Part shown: piece after piece, positions 10,881 to 22,441 of the stretch
How positions within the stretch are numbered: position 1 is the stretch's first letter
Layout of the letters: each line of letters begins with the position of its first letter
Origin: Fistulifera solaris
Taxonomy: Eukaryota
Assembly: GCA_030295235.1 (NCBI GenBank)
Contig: AP026123.1
Location: 1,922,001-1,986,000 of the forward strand
Direction of reading: 5' to 3'
DNA: 64,000 nt
Program-made: the position numbers and the translations under genes
The notes under the pieces: generated by a model
Told to the model about the DNA's origin: nothing
The model's input: only the letters and a program-made list of their open reading frames with translations
Databases searched by the model: none

Positions 10881-12431
10881 CTAAAAGTGGTAAACGCCAC
10901 CCATGGATGCAATACCATTGAAGACGTACGTGTTCTTGATGGGAATGTATTGCCCGGTAATCAGCTTGACAGCTTCCTGACTTGCAACTCCGCCAACAAC
11001 GCTGGCAATATTGTGTACTTCCGCATTTCCAAACCGCGCCATTTCCTTACAAATTCGAGTATCCTCTAAGGAAAGGCCATAAGCCGTCTTCATATATTCC
11101 CAACATTCGAGCAGGCGAGGTACATCTTTCTCAAAATCATCGTTCACACCAGGATATCGCTGTTCACGTTCCCAGAACATCTGACATGCCGCGAACCCTA
11201 AATACCACCACAAAGCTGTCTGTTCTGGCCTTTCCTCATCTTGCTCCGAAGCTCCAAGATCATCGACTACGTCTTCCGTCGGATGATACCCCATGAACGT
11301 TGGTAGAGGTCCAGTTTGAAGCCAGTCCAAATGTACTGCATTTTGACAAAGCAAGGTAATTTCATCATTCGTAACAGAAGTATCCCCGGTGCAATTCGCG
11401 CGAACGTAATCGAAGTCTTTCTTCGCTTGTTGCTGGTAGAGTTCTTGCAAATTCACGTACTCCGCCGTCGATGCCGCCATATCCGGTATCTTTCCCACCA
11501 CCGGAGGTACACCGCCGTGCTGCTGCAAAAACGATTGCAAGGCTCGTAGAAGCACCAAGTCGCGTTCCGAATTGCAATCCGACAATAAATAGTCAATATC
11601 GACTGTTTTTGGGGGAGTGTAGGCTAGATAGGCATTCTCTACAGCTTGCTGGAAGTTCAGTTCATTGTCGTAGTTGCGCGCCATCTTTTTGATTTCTGCT
11701 TGAAATTCTTGTTTCTCGGCAAAACTCGTAGGTAACCCTCCAGCATGACTCTCTTTCCATTTCTTTTGTACAAACAAGAGGATGAATGGATAAGGTACCT
11801 GTCCGAACTCTTGGCTAGACAAGCCTGCCCAAACTGCATCGTCCGCATAATTCTCTTCAAATGCTTGCTGCAGCGCAGGAAACGGGCACGTCAAACGCAA
11901 ATCGGGAACACTGTCTCGCATTTTCGGGTCGAGCAATAAAAGCGGTGCCGTTTGAATTTGCACAACACCCACCAGGCCGTACGAGTGCACGGCGATCATA
12001 GGTACGTTTTGATCCCAGCACGTTTGAGCAATGGCTTGACGCAGCGGTGGTTCGCAATCGGCCGCAATCACTAGCACTTTCTTTTTATCGGGAAATAATT
12101 GCAATAGGTCGAATTTCTCCGCCACCAAGCCACCGGAAATGTCTTTCCAGTCGCCGGTCACGTCCGGATTCAATTCCATCAGATATTCAGTCGCCATTTG
12201 CGCACGCGATTTGTGGGTGCTCGAATCCAGAAAGAAATTGCTGGTACAATCCGAGACGCCGGAGCTATCATCTATTACGAGAAAATTACCGACACCCGGT
12301 AATACCAGGTTCTTGAGCGTCTCGGTCCCCGCTGCGGTGGCTCGAACCAAGACTACGCACGTGTTCCCCAACGCGGCTTGCCCAGCGGCGCCCCAAAGAC
12401 GCAGCTGACGGTCGTATTTGTTATCAGTCAT
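10881..12431 (-). CDS. NAE1: NEDD8-activating enzyme E1 regulatory subunit
   Basis: KYDRQLRLWG, ETLKNLVLPG, GGVASQEAVKLIT.QY.P. Confidence 0.95.
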   Translation of the reverse strand: MTDNKYDRQLRLWGAAGQAALGNTCVVLVRATAAGTETLKNLVLPGVGNFLVIDDSSGVSDCTSNFFLDSSTHKSRAQMATEYLMELNPDVTGDWKDISGGLVAEKFDLLQLFPDKKKVLVIAADCEPPLRQAIAQTCWDQNVPMIAVHSYGLVGVVQIQTAPLLLLDPKMRDSVPDLRLTCPFPALQQAFEENYADDAVWAGLSSQEFGQVPYPFILLFVQKKWKESHAGGLPTSFAEKQEFQAEIKKMARNYDNELNFQQAVENAYLAYTPPKTVDIDYLLSDCNSERDLVLLRALQSFLQQHGGVPPVVGKIPDMAASTAEYVNLQELYQQQAKKDFDYVRANCTGDTSVTNDEITLLCQNAVHLDWLQTGPLPTFMGYHPTEDVVDDLGASEQDEERPEQTALWWYLGFAACQMFWEREQRYPGVNDDFEKDVPRLLECWEYMKTAYGLSLEDTRICKEMARFGNAEVHNIASVVGGVASQEAVKLITGQYIPIKNTYVFNGIASMGGVYHF

Positions 12432-12891
12432 TTCTGGGATTATCAATGGATTCCTTTTATAGCAACAGAAGGGGTGATTGAGATAAAGGTAGCAAAAACT
12501 TCACAATAGTTCACTGTAACACAATGATCTTCCGTCCTCGGCGTCGCATGCGGTGCGGTGCGATAATAAGTTTCCGCCATCTCCCACCGCCGTCCGTCCT
12601 CCACCCTCAAGGTAAGTAGTTAATTTTTATTTAGTATGACTTCGTCGTACCAGGAACAAAATGTGTCGCATAGACGCAGGGACCAATATCATGATCCATG
12701 TTATGCAAAAGAGCTCGTCGCTTGCGGCGTCACAACAACAGCAACTAACTTTGTAAAAGCAGCAAGCGCTTTCAGTTTACTTCTCTTGCTGTTATTATCT
12801 CTCTCAAGCACTAGCTAGCAAACCGCTTATTCGGTGTCTTTAAACTGCAACTAGTAGTAGGAGCGTAACGATCAATAAATTTTCTGCAATC

Positions 12892-13659
12892 ATGTTGACA
12901 GCCTACACATCTCGAATTGTCCGCCGCGCGTCGGTCGCTCGCCTGCAAGCCGCGAACCTCGCTGTGCCGGTGCCGAAGAAGGAAGGAGAAGAAGAGCAGG
13001 CACTATCTCCGGCTGCCGCAACTCGTGAGAAAATGAGCAATTATGATCGCCATATGGTATGGGGTCACGTGGGTGAAGAAGGCTTTCCGGTGCCGGTCTT
13101 GCCTGAAAAACCGGCCGAAATTGCCCTTCTCGACCCCGCCGATCACGGTCACCGGGTGCGCCAAGACGGAACGGCTCGCACTGTGGTGATTCGCCAGCAG
13201 AAGAAAAGCGCTCGTCAGGCCCCACTCAACCCGGAAGCTAGCTGGAAGATTTATTTTTACGAAGACGGTACCTATTCGGAGAAGTGGACGAACTCTCTCA
13301 TGGGTTGGACGTCGAATGCTGATCCGTACCAGTGCGCCCCGCCCTTAACCTTTGAGAACGCCGCAGACGCTGTGTATTTCGCGAAAAAGCGGGGCTGGAA
13401 CTATGTCGTGAAACAGCCCATCATGCGTTACATGCGAAACGATGATGCTCAATACCAAGACAACTTTCTTCCTCAGGCGATCGCAGCGAAAGTTCAGAAA
13501 GAAGGAACTAGCTGTTACCACTGGAAGCGTTCTTCTGCAGGAACATCTCATTACTTTCGTCCTTTGAACTACCATGGAACTGCACCGGTCGTTCAGCACG
13601 GACCGAACGGTACAGCGCCCATTGCCAAAGCTCCAGAAGGCTACTACAAGCAGCGATAA
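12892..13659 (+). CDS. NDUFS4: Complex I subunit NDUFS4 (18 kDa family)
   Basis: W.NSLMGWTSNADP, F...DAVYFAKKRGWNY.V, Y.DNF; mitochondrial-type presequence. Confidence 0.9.
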   Translation: MLTAYTSRIVRRASVARLQAANLAVPVPKKEGEEEQALSPAAATREKMSNYDRHMVWGHVGEEGFPVPVLPEKPAEIALLDPADHGHRVRQDGTARTVVIRQQKKSARQAPLNPEASWKIYFYEDGTYSEKWTNSLMGWTSNADPYQCAPPLTFENAADAVYFAKKRGWNYVVKQPIMRYMRNDDAQYQDNFLPQAIAAKVQKEGTSCYHWKRSSAGTSHYFRPLNYHGTAPVVQHGPNGTAPIAKAPEGYYKQR

Positions 13660-14355
13660 GTTCCTTCTTCTTTTATTATTGATTATAAGTTCAAAGTAGG
13701 AGAGATTGAGTAGTGTACTCCTGAGGTGCAGCTAGCAAGTTCGAGTAGTTAGTTGGTGTTCTTCTGTTCAACTAGTCATCTTGGTCCAATTATTGCGCAC
13801 ACCCTTACGAGACTTAAGTCACAAAGTTCGAGACTTGCCTTCTTCCGACCGACCAACAAGGTGCAAAGCTAGAAAACGGTCTTGCAGACTTCTCCTCTGA
13901 CCGTGAATGAATCACAATCCGTGATTGGATGTGATGTCAGCGGTCAGCGACGAATAATAATTGCACGGATCTCGGATCTCGGATCTCGACCAGACGGCTA
14001 CATTTTTATCTACATTCAAAATCTTGGGTACTCTTTTGCGATAGTAGTTGAAGAATTTGCGAACGAAGAATTTGGTGGAGTATACGAAAAAGTGTATTGC
14101 TCCTCTTTGCGACTAAGGTTTAACGGATCGAAAGAGACATTCGTTGCGACAGTTGTTGTGGTGAAGAGCGTGGAGTTGGAGCTGGCCGGCGACGGCGACG
14201 AAACAGCGCATGACAATCTACGATAGAGTACAAATAAAACTTTTCACTTCCACGACACACGGCATTTGTAGATCGCTGCTGAAGCTAAAAGAGAGCCTGT
14301 TTTACTTGATAATCACTTTCGCAACAGCTGCTTCTAAACTTTTAATTCGTTGATC

Positions 14356-15473
14356 ATGAACCCCGAATAGTAAGTTAATGGCGTGGTGCGTGTTTTGTTT
14401 GCTAGCAAGCGAATGTCATGATTCCGTGTTTCAAGAGGAAATGCCCGCTGCAGCGACAATCGAGAGTCCCTTTTAGTACTACAGTTCGACCTCTTCGATC
14501 GTGTTCGAAAACAAGATTAGACAAAAACTTAGCAATTAAGAAAGATGTGGTGTTACAACGCACCTCTCGTTGCAGTGTCCCCCTTTTTTCATTCAGGATG
14601 AGGACTATGACCTTAGTGGGTGACACGCTCGTTTGCAATGTTGCGCGGCTCAGGGCTCTATGAATGACCAACTCATAAGAGTGGGCAAAAATGTGATTCC
14701 TCCTTTTGCATGATCGGCACGTGGATGACTTAGTCCAATGAGAATGATATGATCTGCTCTTCTGGTTTACTTGTGTACTAACAATTCTCGTTTTGATTTG
14801 CAGCGATTATCTCTTTAAGCTCCTCCTCATTGGAGACTCTGGAGTTGGCAAATCTTGCTTGTTGCTTCGATTCGCCGATGACACCTACACGGAGTCATAC
14901 ATTTCTACCATCGGTGTCGATTTCGTAAGTCTTTTACAGCTGGCTAGTACCTATATCCTATATAATTCCAGGAAACTGACTTGCGTTTTCCTGAATTTGT
15001 TCTAGAAAATCCGCACCATCGACTTGGACGGAAAGACAATCAAGCTTCAGATTTGGGATACCGCAGGACAGGAGCGTTTCCGAACCATTACTTCTTCTTA
15101 CTACCGTGGTGCGCACGGAATTATTGTCGTGTACGACGTGACGGACGCTGAATCGTTCTCGAACGTTAAGCAGTGGTTGCACGAAATTGACCGATACGCA
15201 GCCGAAAACGTCAACAAGCTTTTGGTCGGCAACAAGTCCGATTTGACAGCTAAACGAGTGGTTAGCACCGAGCAGGGTAAGGAGTTTGCGGACTCGCTCG
15301 GCATCGAATTTTTGGAAACGTCTGCCAAGACGAGCACCAATGTCGAACAGGCCTTTCTCACGATGGCGAGCCAAATCAAGGCTCGAATGAAAACTCAGCC
15401 TACTGCTGCTAGTAATAAGAGCAGTGTCAATCTCAACACCAAGCAAGTCAAGCAAAACCAAGGCTGCTGCTAA
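14356..15473 (+). CDS. RAB1: Rab1/YPT1 GTPase; introns 14370-14803 and 14925-15005
   Basis: [35 protein letters not shown] and C-terminal GCC. Confidence 0.97.
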
Positions 15474-16019
15474 ATGGTGTAACTTGGTTGTTCATTCTTC
15501 CGCATTGTGTTTAGAATATCTGGATTGGTCCTCACACATGTAGAGGCTGTTGATTTCATTGTACTCTTGGTCGAAATGGGAGCAAGCAGCGATGTTTGTG
15601 ATAGGGTACAGTGCAACTATTAACGAGATTTATTGATATTGACGTTTTACAACAGCTTTGTAACCGATTACTAGGATTAGGCGACGTCGAGGCAGTTCAG
15701 CCTTCGTCTCGTTGACGTGGAGAGGAGAACGTTCAGAACGTTGTGGTATTTTCAGCGTCGCATGTTGCATGGGACTAGGCGTTTCATTCAAGGAACTTCG
15801 TGCATTGTAAGTTATGCAAAAGCACTTTGAATTTTGTTGATATTCATTGTTCATTATAGCTTTCGAGGCGGTTGAACAGGCCCACATCAAGGGGAACATA
15901 TAAGCTACAGTAGGATTAAAGGAAAGCACAACAAAGTGGACTTAAATTTGAGACTTGAACTAAAATTTTGCATTATAAACCCAAGTTTCTAGTTTGTCCG
16001 TACAAGGGACAGACGGTCT

Positions 16020-16712
16020 CAACGAAAGTTCGTCAAGTGCCTCACAGCTTGCTGCGACAAAAACTCGCACTCCAAACTAGACATGTGGCTTTTTCACTGT
16101 AACTTGCAACTTCACTTGAGCACCTGAAGTTTACTTTACTTTCACTTTACTTGAGACTTCGGTGAGTTCACTTGAAGTACCCAACCTACGTAAATGTACG
16201 TAGGACTGCGTAGATTAGGGATGAGAGGGATAGGCTAACTTTCATAAGCTCAGTGCGACATAGTTTCTTACACAAAACACCATAGTAATTCATTACCGCT
16301 TAGTTCACTGTTCACTGCTAACTTCACTTGAAGGCCACTAACTTTACTTTCACTTGACTTTCACGGAAATTTTGAAAAGTCACATGTCTACTCCAAACGG
16401 CTCCAAAAATGGAGTTGGGTACACTAAAGCAGATACTAAAAAATTAGCCTACAATAAATACGTATACTAATAATTGTTTTTGGCGATCGTCGAGAAATTT
16501 TGAAGTGAAGGAAGTTCATGGTTTATGATATCATTTAACGCTACAATTTGCATCATAGATCGTCTTTACAGCGGTTACAGGCGTTAACTTACTATAGCAT
16601 ATACTGTAACCCACTCCAGAAATGGAGTCCGTTGGCAGGAATACTTATATGTCGCACGACACTCCATTTTTGGAGTGCAAAGCCGTGAGGCACAAGCGTC
16701 AAGTCCGTTGTA
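16020..16712. mobile_element. Older degenerate foldback/MITE-like element hosting the hAT MITE
   Basis: Imperfect inverted arms: GTGCCTCACAGCTT..TGCGACA..CTCCAAAAATGGAGTTGGGTACA versus the reverse complement of 16605-16693. Confidence 0.55.
16078..16390. mobile_element. Non-autonomous hAT-type MITE (313 bp)
   Basis: TIRs TAGACATGTGGCTTTTTCA / TGAAAAGTCACATGTCTA; exact 8-bp TSD CTCCAAAC at 16070-16077 and 16391-16398; many internal TTCACTT subterminal repeats. Confidence 0.88.
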
Positions 16713-17088
16713 GATCACTTCTTCCCCTTTTTTTACATTTCCTTGGATAATATCAGTCAACGACTACCTACTTGGCCATTCACTGTACTAAATAACAATA
16801 TTTAGCACTTAATCAGCGAGCTAGTCCTTCTGATACTATGGACATTAAACACCAGGCTCGCGTGGCAACGTTTACAAGAAGGTGAAACATTTAGCAGTTT
16901 AGCCCGGGCGGCACAACAACGCTTTTTCTCACTCCACCCATTTACTGCCAAGAGCGCAACCCGCTTTGCAAGTCATGCAAACAATAAAATCAGCATCATC
17001 CTTTTTCCATTTATATTACTACCAAAAGACATTTATGGTTGGTCCTCTCTGAATTACCGCTACTTGTGCAATTGTTTCATCGAAGACA

Positions 17089-18127
17089 ATGAACGCGACA
17101 AAGAGACGCAGAAGATCAAACAATAGCCTTGCTGCTCTTTCGTCGTTTTTGCCATTCCTGCTCCTTAAAACCGCTAACGGTGATGATGCCGCGTCCCAAA
17201 ATAACGCAAGAAATTCGTACAGTTCCAACAGCAACGGCTATAGCAACAGAAGCAGCAATAAAAATTCCAACAGTAGCAGTAAGAAAGGATTTCAAAAGGC
17301 ATCTCCATTTTGCAATCAGCACGTGATTGACGTCAACGGGGTTTGGATTACCTGTGATACACCAGGGTCTTACTACTACGGAGGATCTGCCTATCGAAAC
17401 TCCGAAGTCTGCAAGACTGGAGACAAAGCGAAACTATCATTCGATTGTAAGTAATGTTTTCTGAAGCATGGCCTCACTCACCGTATTATTTATCTCATTT
17501 CAAACCGCTTCAGTTTACATCCCATCTTATTTCGTAAATCAGACGTTGGCACTAAAGATTGAATCAGGTGTGTATGATAGCTTTCAAACGGTCGGGTCGT
17601 ATGCAGATATCTGCCAGAGCGAGAATGTAACGGTGACTTCTACAGATGGCTCAGGTACAGGATGTCCAAATCCAGGATCGTATCAAATATACACCACGTA
17701 TCAAATGCCATCAATTCACGACTCATCATTACATTACACGCCCGATATCAAACTATCATTTACGAATTCGGAAGGCGAAACAGTGGGCTGCGCAACGACA
17801 GGAACCGTTGCCGAACATCACTACCAAGACAAGCGAGCGACGACCGGTTTGATTGCTCTCGGCCTGGGATTACTCGTTTTTCTTATGGTTTTCGCTTCGC
17901 TGCTGCACTTGTCCCATAGGAGAAAGAAAAGGCTCGAGACTGTTCTGGAAAATCGTAAACAAAGCTATCATTATTTTAGAGCGCTCCCTAATGGGCAGGT
18001 AATCCCGATGCACGGTGCGCAAGCTGTGACAGCGAGAAGACCAATCGCGGTTCTTTCTGATGATGCGATCAACATCTCGAACCCTGCTTACAACGAGACT
18101 CACTTACCTACCCGCCCCATGCTATAA
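17089..18127 (+). CDS. Type I membrane protein with Cys-containing luminal domains; intron 17447-17513
   Basis: Signal peptide, N/S-rich linker, C..PG.Y motifs, TM LIALGLGLLVFLMVFASLL followed by HRRKKR, NPAY motif in the tail. Confidence 0.75.
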
Positions 18128-18275
18128 ACGTCGCTAAGGATACAGTCCTACCAATTCTGATTGCTAATGCAACAAACGCCTGTATCAATACTCTCATAAC
18201 GCAATAGAGCACTCCTTTATTAAAATAGAAAAGAAATGTATCTTTGCCGGAGGCGGTAATCTATTCTTCGGGTTG

Positions 18276-18860
18276 TTACGATTTGGCAGTCAATTGCTTT
18301 AGTCTTCGGTCTATGTCGATTTTCAGATTCGCCGCTTTCACATACGCTTCTAAACTTTTCCGTGCATTTTCTTGAGCGATTTTGAGTTCTCGCGGATTCA
18401 AGCTGCCGCCAAATAGGTCCAACGGGTCTATCCGACTGAGGCGTGCCTCTTCGTCGTAGTATTCGTGTTGCTCGACCGTCCACACAGTTGATTTAGTTTC
18501 GTTATTGTTCTTTCTCTGACGAAGTCCTTCGTCGACTGCGTTTCGTGACTGTGGGTTGCTTTGATTCTCTTTCATGCTTTCGATGAGATGAATAGGATCC
18601 GTTGTAGTGAAAGAGCAACAAGAGTCCTTCTCGGAAGCAGCATTTAAAACGACACGAGGACGAACTTCCTCACGAACATCATCCGCCACCAAAATAGAAT
18701 CGACTGACATGAAACTTTTCTTTGAATGACGAGCTTTTGTGAGATTCCACAGAGCCTTTTTGAAGTGACCCGATGCTTCTTCATGTTCGTTCTGATACAA
18801 ATCCAGCAGAGATAAAACCTCTACCAAGCCGTCTGTTGACGACTCTTCCGACATTTTCAT
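18276..18860 (-). CDS. CCDC115: V-ATPase assembly factor CCDC115/Vma22-like
   Basis: LSLLDLY...WNLTKAR and DPLDLFGG.L.P.ELK.AQ motifs. Confidence 0.75.
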   Translation of the reverse strand: MKMSEESSTDGLVEVLSLLDLYQNEHEEASGHFKKALWNLTKARHSKKSFMSVDSILVADDVREEVRPRVVLNAASEKDSCCSFTTTDPIHLIESMKENQSNPQSRNAVDEGLRQRKNNNETKSTVWTVEQHEYYDEEARLSRIDPLDLFGGSLNPRELKIAQENARKSLEAYVKAANLKIDIDRRLKQLTAKS

Positions 18861-20145
18861 TCCCTTTTCGCAATTCGAACTTTCGTCAACACTTTGCTTT
18901 GTTGATGACACACCAAATAATATATCTTTCGTAAGAAAGACAATTGGTGTACTTATAAAACCTTTTACTGGTACTTGTTTGATGACTACGATCATGGTCA
19001 AACGGTCGGAGCGGTCGCGATCATTGCGCGGTGCACAATAAAGTGTAAAACGCGTAAAAAGTAAAACGTGTTCAGAGTCACAGCAATAATTAGACCATAC
19101 TGCAAAACGTTGTTTATCCGTTCTCCCACGCACGACCGACCGCCCAGCCTCATTTTTTTTTGACGATGCGATTGTTGTGAATAACAGAAGCAAGCAGATC
19201 GCTTCTTCATCGATTAAGTGAATTATTCATTGCCGGCTTGTCGAAAACATACCTCTGAAAGTGTCCTCGTGGTGTCGTTTATCCTCACTTTGAGAACGAA
19301 AAAGACTTCATTGATGAATGAACAATAACGAGATGAACGATCGTCGAGAAAGTGTCCGTTAGAGATTGCAGGATGGCCAAGTGAAAAGAGCATTGCGAGC
19401 ATCAAGAAACTTCAAACAAGCTTTGTCATTGCTTGGGTACAATTTGAAAATGTGGGTGTTTCGACGACTCAGAAAACATTGGGCTTTTACAGCGTCGAAA
19501 GTTTTGGTGGAGCCATTTCATGGGTGATTTGACCCCAACAAAGCACACACTCTTCACCTCCTATTAGCCTTGTGAGCACGAAGTTCCAAAGGCTTTCGAA
19601 TACATTCTTTTGACCTACAAATACTTTTGCACGCTGCGAGGTACGCAATGCTAGCACCCTTTGGTTTAGGGCCCTCGCCTGGCACCGGCGATTGACCTTT
19701 TAGCAAGACGCGCGCTTAGTGTATTGGACTTCCTTGCGTCTTTCAGTGTCAACCACTATCCTAGAGAGCGAATTTGTGAGTGGTAGAATCTGTTGCGTAT
19801 TTGCAGAGAAGCTACTGCTTTGATGAATGCATGTTCCGATTGCGATGGTTGACTGTCCTCTTCTGCAAGGCTGCCATGAATGACTTCTTGCGCAAGTGAG
19901 CATTCTTCGAAAACATTTGAAGGAGGACAAGAGTTGTTGCGATCATATAGATTTAGGAGTACCTGCAACATGTCATCGCGTAACAACTACGACTCAGTCC
20001 GGAACGAAAGACATGTATTCCATGCCGACCAGTTTAATGACATAAGTGATGCCGTGCGGTCGAGGTTCTATCTATGATTATATTGTTGCCAAGCACAAGT
20101 GAATAGAAATGTACTATAGATGTAGACGTATACTGTGGCTCATGT

Positions 20146-21861
20146 TTACTTTCGAGACTTCTTGCGAGCTCGCGACGAGTCCTCCGTCTTTCGTTTCGAA
20201 CGAAGAAGTCGATTCGATCTTCGAGGTGCTCCGTCTTCTTGATCCACACCTTGCACCAGCTCACAAAGCACGTCTGTATGCTGCGACAACAACAATGCCG
20301 TGTACTGGAAGTTGTTCGACGCTCTTTCTGTGAAAGCCTTTGTCACCAGCAATGGACGCAAATCTGTAGCTTCTTTGACAAGGTTTGCCGATCCATTGTA
20401 CACATCATTCAGCGCATAAAGCTGGTCTATGGTCGAGCCGTCCGAGCACCTTTCGCCAAATTCATTCAATACCACTATCTTCCGGTTGCGAGAGAGCAGC
20501 CGCTTCAGCCAAGAACGGTCAAAGTAGTATCGCCTAGAAAACACTCTGTTTTCGTCCTCCGCTCCGTCGCTACCGTCCCTCAGCTTGAAGCTCTGCACAC
20601 GGATTTCACGAAGACTAGGGTGCTCTTCCGCACATTCAAAAATTCCTCGCAAATGGGGACCCCAAAGCAAACACGTACGAGTTTGGTGTAGCTCTAAGCA
20701 TGATAGTCGCTGATTGGCACGAAGGGCAGCAGTCAATGCATCTGCAACCGATGCGACCTCATCAAATAGAAAACGTTCTCGGTTCTGAGATCCGTAGTCA
20801 ACTCCTATACACAATCGCTCAAAATGGCCGAGGACAGCGACGCGATTCAAGAACGAGATGATACGTGTATGCCAAGCAAAGCTCCACTCAAATACAAAGA
20901 TTGGAGTAATATCGATAGCCGGAATATTCAGAGAATCAAAACTTTCTGGATGAACGTCGTTTGCCTGATGTACCCTGTAGTACAGTGTCTTCACCTTGGC
21001 GTTGAATGGAAGCAAGGCACATACCGTATTTCGGATGCTAAGATCGAGAGTCTGAAACACGTATTCAAGTTTCAAAAGCCGTTCCAGATTTGAAATGCTC
21101 AACATGCCCCCATTTGAAGTTTCGGATACGATCAGTTTCCCAAAGGGAGATTTTCTGAGTTCTAGCGCTTCAACAAACGCCGTCCCGCCGTCCAGAAATG
21201 TATGTTCGCCTTTCATCAACAGCAAGTCCAAGGGATAGGGTCTTGTCGCCAGAATCTCCGATTGTTTTGCGCTGAAATCTGCTTCAAGATCGATGCATCT
21301 TGTTGGATTAGAGTCCAGCATTTGAGCCAATTGCTCTGGTAGAAGAGACGAAAGGTCAAGAGAAAGACTGCAATGGTTGCAGCGATGAAATCGAAGTACC
21401 GTCTGCGGAGATGCTTCATGCTTGAGAGACCCGAAAAATGTGATGGTTTCTGCGATAGCGGCCTCTCTTTCACCGTAAACCATGTAGTGCAAATTATAGC
21501 CCTGGACGTTTTCGAGTATGACGAAGACTCTTCGTTTGGCATACGCCTTGTCATAGTCCTTGTAAATGAAGATGAAAGTTCCGTTTTCCCGCCAGATCAC
21601 AATTTCGTCATGAATCCCCCAATCAAACTCGCCGAGAGCGGTTGGTTCATCCAGAAATTTGTAAACTGGCCATGATTCGGAAAAATTGAGCGGTAACAGA
21701 GCCTTTTGTCTCTGTGAGAGCCGATGCCAGGGAATGCGCTGTAGGGTCGGGACTTCGTGCTTCGTGTTCTTTCGTACGTAAACACATGCGGAGAGCACGG
21801 AGACGAATAGAAGATAGCAGCTCAGTTCCGAAGGACTCGTAAGAGCCGAAGAGAGGAGCAT
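20146..21861 (-). CDS. RNI/LRR-like hypothetical protein of a family expanded in Fistulifera
   Basis: 571-aa intronless ORF; C-terminal LLSRNRKI.V....G.RCS.G..ID.LY.LN..Y.GS..LVKE...LRPLLV...F...AS.NFQYTALLLS.HTDVL recalled as that family's signature. Confidence 0.65.
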   Translation of the reverse strand: MLLSSALTSPSELSCYLLFVSVLSACVYVRKNTKHEVPTLQRIPWHRLSQRQKALLPLNFSESWPVYKFLDEPTALGEFDWGIHDEIVIWRENGTFIFIYKDYDKAYAKRRVFVILENVQGYNLHYMVYGEREAAIAETITFFGSLKHEASPQTVLRFHRCNHCSLSLDLSSLLPEQLAQMLDSNPTRCIDLEADFSAKQSEILATRPYPLDLLLMKGEHTFLDGGTAFVEALELRKSPFGKLIVSETSNGGMLSISNLERLLKLEYVFQTLDLSIRNTVCALLPFNAKVKTLYYRVHQANDVHPESFDSLNIPAIDITPIFVFEWSFAWHTRIISFLNRVAVLGHFERLCIGVDYGSQNRERFLFDEVASVADALTAALRANQRLSCLELHQTRTCLLWGPHLRGIFECAEEHPSLREIRVQSFKLRDGSDGAEDENRVFSRRYYFDRSWLKRLLSRNRKIVVLNEFGERCSDGSTIDQLYALNDVYNGSANLVKEATDLRPLLVTKAFTERASNNFQYTALLLSQHTDVLCELVQGVDQEDGAPRRSNRLLRSKRKTEDSSRARKKSRK

Positions 21862-22441
21862 GATAAGCTTTTAGTATGCGGACAAGAGCGTCGTCACGGT
21901 GCGGATCTGTAATGCGTTGCTACGAAAAATAATGAGAGCAGGACGACGACCCGCAGCAAGCCCTTTCGTATTCACGGCATCGCCGCGAGTACTAGATAGG
22001 CGACGTGGACCAACTACAAACGTGAATCAGAAGACATCGCAATGCTACCAGAAAGCATTTGCTCTGCGTTGATGGGCGCGAGCGATTGATCACAGTTCGA
22101 GGACTTCAACATCAGTTTGTTGTTCTGTCGAGGGCGAAAACGTCCGCTGTGATGTTGTTTCGTAAATAAATTCTCCTATAACCGCTCGGAGGTTTTGACT
22201 TTCTAGGTGAGGTGTTAGTAGTAGGTGCTCGGAATAAAGACTTTAACTTGCAAGGAGGACGACTCTCTAGAGTCACTCAAGTGTCTCGTCTCTCTACTGT
22301 ACCTAATATCTAATGGCTCTCATTTTATGTGTTAAAAAGAAAACCCAAAAGAGCAGTCTTAGCATCATCACGCTGTCTACAGCACATCTAATAAAAGAAT
22401 AAGAGCGATTAGATCATCATGCCTATCACATTTGTATCAAT

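Noticed and set aside
14016..14216. Small ORF with an LHC-like FDPLNLS motif
   Set aside because: No ATG, signal or helix motif; likely chance
16090..16370. CRISPR-like or satellite short repeats
   Set aside because: Irregular subterminal repeats of the hAT MITE; no spacer periodicity or cas genes
19220..19990. Possible decayed gene (ECVLCWGQI, RING-like)
   Set aside because: Only one CxxC and multiple stops; insufficient support
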